This document shows positions 56,514 through 64,000 of a stretch of DNA of 64,000 nt, one piece after another. The notes beneath the pieces are model-generated. The model made no database searches. It worked only from the letters and a program-made list of their open reading frames with translations, and had not been told where the DNA came from. Both the position numbers and the translations under genes were made by a program. How positions within the stretch are numbered: position 1 is the stretch's first letter; every line of letters starts with the position of its first letter. This stretch comes from Candidatus Moraniibacteriota bacterium (GTDB lineage Bacteria; Patescibacteriota; Minisyncoccia; Moranbacterales; UBA1568), in assembly GCA_052034935.1 (NCBI GenBank), contig JBPOIB010000001.1:236173-300172 (forward strand), read 5' to 3'.

Positions 56514-57236
56514 ATGACCTTATTGGCTGTTATGACCACCTCGAAGTCTAAAAACAACCCGCTGATCTATGTCGTACTCCCGGCCTGGAATGAGTCCACA
56601 GTGCTTCGGAACGTCTTGGCTGAAATCCAATCGGCCGGATACCGAAATATCATTGTTGTCGATGATGGGAGCAAGGACACTACTTTCGAAGTGGCCGATA
56701 GCGTACTCGGAGTTACGGCGCTCCGTCACCGGCTGAACCGCGGCAAAGGCGCCGCTACCAAGACCGGTATCGAGGCAGCGAAGCTCCTCGGAGCCGATAT
56801 CATCATCACGATGGATTCGGACGGCCAGCACAACCCCGCCGACATCGATCGACTCATCCGGCCAATCACACTTGGCAAGGCCGATGTCGTCCTCGGCAGC
56901 CGTCTCATGGACCCGCGCGGCATGCCGGTACATAAAATTCTCGCGAATTGGGTTGGCAATGCCATCACCTGGTATTTCTACGGACTCTGGGTGACTGATA
57001 GCCAATCGGGCTTCCGCGCCTATTCAAAAAAAGCCGCCCACCTCATCAATACCCGTTCCGACCGCTATGACTACGAGAGCGAAGTCATCCGCGAACTCCG
57101 CCTCCATCGGCTCTCCTTCGTAGAAATCCCTGTCGAGGTGCGCTATACTAGCTATTCCATGGGGAAACCGGAACGCCAGAGCTTTATCAATGGACTCAAG
57201 ACCTTCGGTCGCATCCTCTGGAGGCTGTTCACTTAA
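56514..57236 (+). CDS. GT2, DPM1-like polyprenol-phosphate glycosyltransferase
   Basis: PAWNE, VDDGSKD, NRGKGAA, DSDGQH, GSR, TDSQSGFRAY; start 56514 or 56532. Confidence 0.92.
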   Translation: MTLLAVMTTSKSKNNPLIYVVLPAWNESTVLRNVLAEIQSAGYRNIIVVDDGSKDTTFEVADSVLGVTALRHRLNRGKGAATKTGIEAAKLLGADIIITMDSDGQHNPADIDRLIRPITLGKADVVLGSRLMDPRGMPVHKILANWVGNAITWYFYGLWVTDSQSGFRAYSKKAAHLINTRSDRYDYESEVIRELRLHRLSFVEIPVEVRYTSYSMGKPERQSFINGLKTFGRILWRLFT

Positions 57237-57250
57237 CTGATAGAAACTGT

Positions 57251-57595
57251 ATGAAAATCTACCAATTCATCATACTCTTCATCGCGATCTACATGCTCTA
57301 CGAAGGCGTGGAAAAATTCATGCGCCATCAGACCGGACAGACGCTCATGAAGCTCGGCGCCCGAGCGATAGTCTGGGGCGGAATGGCAATTGTTGTCATG
57401 TTTCCGGCGCTCTCGAATGACCTGGCCGAACTTATCGGCATCGAAGGCAATATCAATGCCGTCATCCTGACTGGTTTCATCCTGGTCTTCCTCATGATTT
57501 TCAAACTCCTCTCCGCCATCGAGCGTCTCGAGCAGCAGATCACGCTCTTTACCCGCAAAGACGCTCTGAAAAATATTGCCACACCTGAAAAATAG
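57251..57595 (+). CDS. DUF2304-like small membrane protein
   Basis: Three TMs, W..FP..LAELIGI, C-terminal EQQITLFTRK; typical neighbour of DPM1-like GT2. Confidence 0.75.
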   Translation: MKIYQFIILFIAIYMLYEGVEKFMRHQTGQTLMKLGARAIVWGGMAIVVMFPALSNDLAELIGIEGNINAVILTGFILVFLMIFKLLSAIERLEQQITLFTRKDALKNIATPEK

Positions 57596-57699
57596 AATTC
57601 CTTCTGGAAATTCTCGTCAAATAGTCTAAACCCTTTATTTCCTGTAAAATGAGGGGTAGTTTTCATTAAACTCAATCCTGTCCGCGACCGATCGACTGT

Positions 57700-58842
57700 A
57701 TGAAACTGCTCATCTTCTCTCCCTACTACCCTCCCCACACTGGCGGACTCGAGAGCCACAGCGAGGAATTCAATATCGCACTCGCTTCAAAAGGAGTTTC
57801 CCTGACCGTCTTCACCCCCCTCCTTCCAATTGCTGGTTCGTTTGATGAGTCACCGCGTCCAGGCATCAGAGTCATTCGCTACCCAGCCTTTGAAATCGTC
57901 TCCAATTTCCCCGCTCCGAAAATCTGGCAGCCTGTTTTCTGGAAACAACTCGAGACTCTTTCGCAAGAGGATTTTGACTTTGTCGTTTCCCGGACCCGCT
58001 TTTTTCTCTCTTCGCTTCTCGCGCTCGCTTTCGCGAAATATCGTCGGATTCCGCTCATCCACATCGAGCACGGATCGGACTTCGTCCAGCTCTCGAGCCG
58101 CTTCAAGACGATCGCTGCGAAAATGTATGACCTCACCTTCGGCCGGCTCGTTCTCCACTCATCGAAGATAAACATCTCCATATCCAAGGCGGTCCAACGA
58201 TTCGTCGCTCGATTCGATAACCGACCCTCTCCCGTCATCTACCGAGGAGTAGATTTTACCGCTATCGATTCAGTCTCAGCCGAAGAGATGCTCCGGCAGC
58301 AGCACTCGGGAAAAATCATCCTTTCTACCGTCGCCCGTCTTTATCACTGGAAGGGAATAGCTGTCTCGATAGAGGCGATCCGAAAGCTCCCTGAAGATAT
58401 CCGGTCGAAGGTCGTTTTCTTGATCGTCGGCGATGGCGAAGATTTTAGCCGGCTTCAAGCGCTCAGCGCCGGACTGCCGATCGTCATGCTCGGCCGACGC
58501 AAGAACGAAGAAGCGATTGGCATCCTGAAAAGTACCGACATTTACCTGCATTCTTCTTTCCCAGGCGGTGGACTATCGACATCTCTCCTCGAGGCGCTCG
58601 CCTGCGGAGCAGCCGTGATCGCGACTCGGAATGAAGGCGCTGAAGAAGTGGTCGATCACGACCGGAACGGAATGCTCGTCGAAGCACCTGACTCCGCACT
58701 TTTCCGGACGGCAATTGAAGCGCTGGCAAACGACCCGGCACGACGAAGTCGCTACGGACAACTGGCAAGACAATCCGTCCGGGAACGATTCGATTGGCAG
58801 AAAACTGCCGAGCAGTACCTCGAAATACTGAAAGGACTATGA
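57700..58842 (+). CDS. Glycosyltransferase family 4
   Basis: YPPHTGGLE, ARLYHWKG, GGLSTSLLEALACG. Confidence 0.9.
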   Translation: MKLLIFSPYYPPHTGGLESHSEEFNIALASKGVSLTVFTPLLPIAGSFDESPRPGIRVIRYPAFEIVSNFPAPKIWQPVFWKQLETLSQEDFDFVVSRTRFFLSSLLALAFAKYRRIPLIHIEHGSDFVQLSSRFKTIAAKMYDLTFGRLVLHSSKINISISKAVQRFVARFDNRPSPVIYRGVDFTAIDSVSAEEMLRQQHSGKIILSTVARLYHWKGIAVSIEAIRKLPEDIRSKVVFLIVGDGEDFSRLQALSAGLPIVMLGRRKNEEAIGILKSTDIYLHSSFPGGGLSTSLLEALACGAAVIATRNEGAEEVVDHDRNGMLVEAPDSALFRTAIEALANDPARRSRYGQLARQSVRERFDWQKTAEQYLEILKGL

Positions 58843-59699
58843 ATCTGAAATCCTTCATCAAGGTCCCGCTCGTTCTTCTCGAGAACATCCTCTTCGGATT
58901 ATTTCCTCGCCTCCGACCAATCATCGAGCGCCACTTTTTCAATCCGCTCGACTTCAAAGCTGACCATATCGCCTATTCGCAGAGAAAATTCGAGGAATTC
59001 TCCGCTCGTGTTCCGATTGGAAAAATCAAAAACAGCCATATACTAGAGCTTGGTCCGGGTGGATCGATCGGTTTCGGCCTCCTCACACTTGAAGGCGGTG
59101 CCGAGCGCTATACAGCGATTGATGATGGACTCCACACATTCATCGAAGACAAGATCCTCGAGCGCTATACCAAGCTCCTCCGGGGCAATACCGACGCCCT
59201 AAACGATTACTTTTCCGTTTCGCCCGATGGAAAATCAGAGTACCGTTCAGAGAAAATCGCTTTCTCCGCCATAGACCAAGAGTCGCGCTATCCGCTTCCC
59301 AACGCATCAGTTGACATCATCTACTCCTGCGCCGTACTCGAGCACGTCCACGACCTCGATTTGTGTTTTGCAGAAATGTCGCGCGTTCTCAAACCGGGCG
59401 GAATCATGTACCACGAGGTCGACCTGCGCGATCACATCTTTTCGCAGAAAAGCCTCTTCTTCCTTAATCTGAGCGATCGCTGGTTCAAGGCTCTTTTTCA
59501 AAATACTGGCGGTTATGTCAACCGGAAACGTGTCAGTTACTACCGAGATTTGGCAGCGAAATACCATTTGTCGATGATTTCACTCGAAGGAAAAAACGAA
59601 TCACCGCTGCCGGCTGTTCCAAAAAATATTATGAACCGGTATTCGGAAGAGGACCTGCAAACGCTCTCCTTCGTCGCAGTCTTTTCAAAAAACGAATAG
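58839..59699 (+). CDS. Class I SAM-dependent methyltransferase
   Basis: ILELGPG, VDIIYSCAVLEHV, LKPGG, VDLRDH. Confidence 0.88.
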   Translation: MNLKSFIKVPLVLLENILFGLFPRLRPIIERHFFNPLDFKADHIAYSQRKFEEFSARVPIGKIKNSHILELGPGGSIGFGLLTLEGGAERYTAIDDGLHTFIEDKILERYTKLLRGNTDALNDYFSVSPDGKSEYRSEKIAFSAIDQESRYPLPNASVDIIYSCAVLEHVHDLDLCFAEMSRVLKPGGIMYHEVDLRDHIFSQKSLFFLNLSDRWFKALFQNTGGYVNRKRVSYYRDLAAKYHLSMISLEGKNESPLPAVPKNIMNRYSEEDLQTLSFVAVFSKNE

Positions 59700-59702
59700 T
59701 CT

Positions 59703-61367
59703 ATGGCACTCACTGAGCGAATCAGGACATTCTCAAAAGATAACATCTGGGTAATCGCCGCAGTCCTTTTTTTCATCGTCTGGAAATTCTTCCTCATCAG
59801 CACGCTCTGGGAGGATCGATTAATACCTCCCGGTCCAGATGACTCATTTGTCTACATCCTACACATTGACTCATCTCTTCACTGCGACAACCTTCTCTCT
59901 TGCCATGAACGCGCGTTCAACTTTGATACCTATGGCGGATTTGACCACCTCACCTACCGGGTCTTTCTTGGCGGTATTGGAAAATTACTTAAACTTGACG
60001 CGGTTGAGACCTACAAAATAAGTTTTTTTATAGGTATCATCCTCCTTGTCGGATCACTTATTTTTTTTCTTTCTCGATTCAAGGGCGCGACTGCCCCAAG
60101 CATTGCGGTATCACTCGGAGCACTCGCCCTCTATAACGGAGCCGGATCGTACCATGGATTTTTTTGGGTCGTTCCAAGTTTTTTTGCCCTTCTTATTTTC
60201 TTCTACATTTTTGGCATCTTCCTTGATGAGAAAATCCAGTATTGGAAATTATATTTCCTTTTTCTTGTCCCGGCAGGAATTTTCACACACGTACTCGGAC
60301 TATACCTTCTCACTGTTCTCCCTCTCTATATTGGATTCCAGACAATTATTACTCGCCACATAGACTGGCTCCAAGTCCGAAAAATATTTTTTATTTTCAT
60401 AATCGCCGCAGTATTTTATTTACCCGTTGGTGCTTACTATTCACATTTCTCATACGGAAATCCATACGGACCCAATGTCATCGCAAAACACATATTTGAA
60501 AAAGCGACCGACTTCGGAACGACTTCTACTCCAAAAACAGATAATTCAGACAGGGGGGTGTTTATTATATCTCAATCAGAACCAAACCATGCCAAACTTT
60601 TTCCTGGCTGGGAAAAAATTTACAGCGACTATTTCCGTTGGATTTTCCCAAGCCCTCTCGGCTATTTAGCTCTCGGTGTCTGCCTGCTCATCCTTGCATC
60701 GTATCGACAGTCTCAACTACTCAATTTATACTTGGCAAGCCTTGTTTTTGCTTTTGCTGCTTCGCTCAGTCCACACGGAGAGCGGTCCCTGATACTTGTT
60801 TGGCCAATCACTTTCCTTGTATATGCTCAAGCAGCCTGGTATGCATTTATCTTTATTTGTGAATGGGATACCCGGAGGCACATTGGTAAACTGGTAGGAT
60901 TCGCCTTCCTCTTTCTCGCTATAATCTGTGCCATCTTTCTCTCTGCCTCTTATAGCTACCTTTGGAACGTCTACTTAAATCACTCCCGAAACATCGCCAT
61001 CCCGTCAGCCCTTACTGAACATCTACTAAGTCTTCCACAAGAAAAAAATCAAATCGCCTACTCGATTGATATGAACTTTCTGGACAACTATCTTTTGCTA
61101 ATCAACGGAAGCAATCGCCCAAAAAAAACGATACTTTTATCTGAGGCCGCTTACTATGTAGAACTTACTCCTGAGCGGATTGAGCGCGATCAGAAAGCCT
61201 ACGACAAGATATTTAATGATTTCTTCACTATTATCCAAAACTTAGTCTTTTTTCATCGAGAAGAGAACAATATGAAAAGAGCAGGCGAACTCCCGCTTGA
61301 TAGGTTCTTTTCTCATATACCAGCAGTTCATTTCGATGATGTGGAGATCCTTCCTTCCCTTCAATAA
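59703..61367 (+). CDS. Multi-TM membrane protein (putative GT-C/polymerase)
   Basis: About 11 TM, PGPDDS first-loop acidic pair; visibly AT-richer than neighbours. Confidence 0.65.
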   Translation: MALTERIRTFSKDNIWVIAAVLFFIVWKFFLISTLWEDRLIPPGPDDSFVYILHIDSSLHCDNLLSCHERAFNFDTYGGFDHLTYRVFLGGIGKLLKLDAVETYKISFFIGIILLVGSLIFFLSRFKGATAPSIAVSLGALALYNGAGSYHGFFWVVPSFFALLIFFYIFGIFLDEKIQYWKLYFLFLVPAGIFTHVLGLYLLTVLPLYIGFQTIITRHIDWLQVRKIFFIFIIAAVFYLPVGAYYSHFSYGNPYGPNVIAKHIFEKATDFGTTSTPKTDNSDRGVFIISQSEPNHAKLFPGWEKIYSDYFRWIFPSPLGYLALGVCLLILASYRQSQLLNLYLASLVFAFAASLSPHGERSLILVWPITFLVYAQAAWYAFIFICEWDTRRHIGKLVGFAFLFLAIICAIFLSASYSYLWNVYLNHSRNIAIPSALTEHLLSLPQEKNQIAYSIDMNFLDNYLLLINGSNRPKKTILLSEAAYYVELTPERIERDQKAYDKIFNDFFTIIQNLVFFHREENNMKRAGELPLDRFFSHIPAVHFDDVEILPSLQ

Positions 61368-61377
61368 AAGAACCTCT

Positions 61378-63273
61378 ATGTGCGGCATCGCTGGAAAAAT
61401 TTCACTGACTAACCAATCCGTCTCAACCGAGGCCGTCGAGACGATGTGTGATGCCATCAAGCATCGAGGGCCGGACGATAGCGGCACCTATCTTTCTCCT
61501 GACCGAAAAATCGGCCTCGGCCATCGCCGGCTCGCGATTATCGATCTTTCCCCTCTCGGCCATCAACCGATGCGCTACCTCGACCGCTACGAGATCGTCT
61601 TCAATGGCGAGATCTATAATTTCCAGGAAGAGCGCGCCCTTCTCGAGAAAGACGGCTACACGTTTCAGTCTCATTCTGACACCGAGGTCATCCTCGCGCT
61701 CTATGACAAATACGGGGAACGCTGTCTCGAACGTCTCCGAGGAATGTTCGCTTTCGCGATTTACGACGAGCAAGAACAGATCCTCTTCGTTGCCCGTGAC
61801 CGGGTCGGCAAGAAGCCGTTCAAATACTTTTTTGATGGTGAAACATTCCTCTTCGCCTCGGAATTGAAGGCCATCCTCACTCAGCCGGAATATCGACGCG
61901 AACCAGACTATGTGGCCATCCATCACTACCTGACGCTCCAGTATGTTCCGGCACCGATGACCGGTTTCAAGGGTATCGCCAAGCTCGAACCCGGACACTT
62001 CCTCAAACTCGACGTGAAAGCGAAAACTCTGGAAAAAAAACGGTACTGGAAGCTTGATTACTCTGAGAAGCTTAATCTCTCCGAAGAAGAATGGAAGCAG
62101 CGGATTATCGATACACTCGAGGAATCCGTGAAACTCCGCATGATTTCGGATGTACCCATCGGCGCTTTTCTCTCGGGTGGCGTCGATTCGAGTGCCATCG
62201 TCGCCCTGATGGCTCGGAATTCTTCCCAGCCCATCAAGACTTTTTCCATTGGCTTCAAAGAGGAGAAATACAATGAACTCCCGTATGCGCGAAGGGTGGC
62301 GGAAACATTCGGCACAGAGCACACGGAATTCATCGTCGAGCCGCATACGATCGAACTCCTCCCGATGCTTGTCCGGCAGTACGAGGAACCATTCGCCGAC
62401 TCGAGCGCCCTTCCGACCTACTATGTCTCGAAACTGACGCGCGAACATGTGACAGTGGCGCTCAACGGCGACGGCGGCGACGAGAACTTTGCCGGCTACA
62501 CGCGCTATGCTGCCCTTCAGGCTTCGTTCATTCTCGAGCGTTTCTCATGGCTCGCCAAGACCGTCGGCGTCCCGATGACGAAGCTTCTGACCGATAGGGT
62601 GCCGAACACACTCACGAGCCGCATGCACCGCTTCACCAAGACGCTCTCTATCGACTACCGCGAGCGCTATATGGGCTTCACTTCGTACTTCACCAATGAG
62701 CAGAAAGCTCTGCTCTACACAGAAGACTTTAAGGCAAAGGTTTGGAGCAAAAATACATCCGACCTCATCGGGGTGCGCTTCCTCGAGTCCGGTTCGAAGA
62801 ATCGAACGGAACAAGCAGTTTATGCAGACTTCGCCACCTATCTCCCGGAAGACCTCATGGCCAAGGTCGACATCGCTACCATGGCTGTCTCGCTCGAGGG
62901 ACGATCCCCATTCCTCGATCACGTTCTCCTTGAACTCTCGGCCAAGATTCCTTTCAATCTCAAGCTCAAGGGATTCAACGACAAGAAATACATCCTCAAA
63001 GAAGCGCTCCGTGGTCTCGTCCCGGACGAAGTGATGGATCGGCCGAAAATGGGCTTCGGCGTCCCTATCGACCACTGGTTCCGAAACGAGCTGGCTGGCT
63101 ACGCTCGAGAAAAACTCCTCGGTGGAGAGCTTGTCAAACGGAACATCGTCCGGAAGGAATATGTCGCCTGGATTATCGACCAGCATACCGGCACCCGCGT
63201 CAACTACGCGAATCACCTCTGGGCTCTCCTCACGCTTGAGCTCTGGCTTGAGGAATACTTCGGGAAGGGCTAG
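61378..63273 (+). CDS. asnB: Asparagine synthase (glutamine-hydrolysing), glycan-amidotransferase type
   Basis: MCGIAG, HRGPD, RLAIID, FNGEIYN, LSGGVDSS, GDGGDE, KMGF; start at MCGIAG. Confidence 0.95.
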   Translation: MCGIAGKISLTNQSVSTEAVETMCDAIKHRGPDDSGTYLSPDRKIGLGHRRLAIIDLSPLGHQPMRYLDRYEIVFNGEIYNFQEERALLEKDGYTFQSHSDTEVILALYDKYGERCLERLRGMFAFAIYDEQEQILFVARDRVGKKPFKYFFDGETFLFASELKAILTQPEYRREPDYVAIHHYLTLQYVPAPMTGFKGIAKLEPGHFLKLDVKAKTLEKKRYWKLDYSEKLNLSEEEWKQRIIDTLEESVKLRMISDVPIGAFLSGGVDSSAIVALMARNSSQPIKTFSIGFKEEKYNELPYARRVAETFGTEHTEFIVEPHTIELLPMLVRQYEEPFADSSALPTYYVSKLTREHVTVALNGDGGDENFAGYTRYAALQASFILERFSWLAKTVGVPMTKLLTDRVPNTLTSRMHRFTKTLSIDYRERYMGFTSYFTNEQKALLYTEDFKAKVWSKNTSDLIGVRFLESGSKNRTEQAVYADFATYLPEDLMAKVDIATMAVSLEGRSPFLDHVLLELSAKIPFNLKLKGFNDKKYILKEALRGLVPDEVMDRPKMGFGVPIDHWFRNELAGYAREKLLGGELVKRNIVRKEYVAWIIDQHTGTRVNYANHLWALLTLELWLEEYFGKG

Positions 63274-63295
63274 AATAGACCAATACTTATATCCT

Positions 63296-64000
63296 ATGCG
63301 TAAAAACCACCTCCCCTACCTCCGCGACCCGCTGACCCGATCCGTTTTCAACCTGAGTATCTTCGAAGAGTCCGGCGGGCACGTTATCTCCGGTCTTCTC
63401 TTGGCTGACCAAGGAAAAAGCTGGTATCCCATTATCGGTGGCATCCCCAGGATTCTCGTCGGTGAACTCAAGGAAAATCTCCTTCAGACGAGACAGGAAT
63501 TCTTTCAGCTCTACAAAAATGCTCTGCCGGAAGCGATACGGAACGAGTGGCAGAAAACGATTGAGAACATCGCTGATCTCGACGCCTTTCTCGCTCATCA
63601 GAAAAAAACAGCGGAGAGTTTCGCTTATGAATGGAAATACATCTATCGCGAAAACGACTATGAAAAGAATAACTTCTTTCATTTCGCCGGCCCGTACGTG
63701 ACCGAAGAGAGTCTCCGAAGAAAAGAAACCCTTGATATCGGCTGCGGATCAGGAAGATTCACCAAATGGGCTGCTCTTTCCGGCACAAAAGTCTCATTCG
63801 GGACAGATCTCGGCGAAAGCGTCGAAGTGGCGTATGAACTTACGAAGGATATCGAAAATGTTGCAATCGTCCAGGCAGATATCTACGCAATGCCGTTTTT
63901 CGGAAGTTTCGATCTCGCCTATTCTATCGGTGTCCTCCATCACCTTCCGAAACCGAAAGATGGCTTTCTCGGCTTACCGAAGGTCTTGAAGAGGGGCGGC
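63296..64000 (+). CDS. Trm112-like domain + class I methyltransferase (3' truncated by the window)
   Basis: Hand translation (absent from the ORF track): MRKNHLPYLRDP..YPIIGGIPRI..SFAYEW..LDIGCGSGR..VQADIY..SIGVLHHLP..LKRGG. Confidence 0.85.
   Translation, partial: MRKNHLPYLRDPLTRSVFNLSIFEESGGHVISGLLLADQGKSWYPIIGGIPRILVGELKENLLQTRQEFFQLYKNALPEAIRNEWQKTIENIADLDAFLAHQKKTAESFAYEWKYIYRENDYEKNNFFHFAGPYVTEESLRRKETLDIGCGSGRFTKWAALSGTKVSFGTDLGESVEVAYELTKDIENVAIVQADIYAMPFFGSFDLAYSIGVLHHLPKPKDGFLGLPKVLKRGG

Noticed and set aside
61423-63216. Minus-strand ORFs of 341 and 223 aa
   Set aside because: Antisense to the unambiguous asnB.
1-64000. Stop-codon reassignment (code 25)
   Set aside because: Conserved genes such as gltX and def end at TGA at the expected lengths, and long ORFs are intact under code 11.

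Overview
A 64 kb bacterial chromosome segment (genetic code 11). The gene content and style suggest a Patescibacteria/CPR organism, but that is inference only. The first ~17 kb holds housekeeping and envelope genes: GH28, HI0933 flavoprotein, a Cas4/AddB-like nuclease, GGDEF, M23, gltX, WecB/TagA, thpR, priA-def-fmt, a CIRCE-controlled solo groES, and ctpA. From ~17 kb to the end lies a large cell-surface glycosylation region: six GT4, four GT2, about seven multi-TM GT-C-like proteins, LCP, O-antigen ligase, two UDP-sugar dehydrogenases, an epimerase, flippases, AsnB and methyltransferases. The best candidate for a new system is a five-gene operon at 32953-38073: small membrane protein, atypical GT4, divergent RtcB, dTMP-kinase-like protein, Wzx-type flippase. 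Its RtcB keeps the metal ligands and the His nucleophile but has lost most of the RNA- and guanine-binding residues, which suggests RtcB chemistry repurposed for glycan activation or linkage. Other patterns: three stand-alone genes share an identical promoter architecture with their own SD sites and terminators, native genes show an SD-less TATG start context, and PriA appears helicase-dead. I saw no tRNA, rRNA, CRISPR array or transposase. All assignments come from motif recognition by eye; no searches were run.
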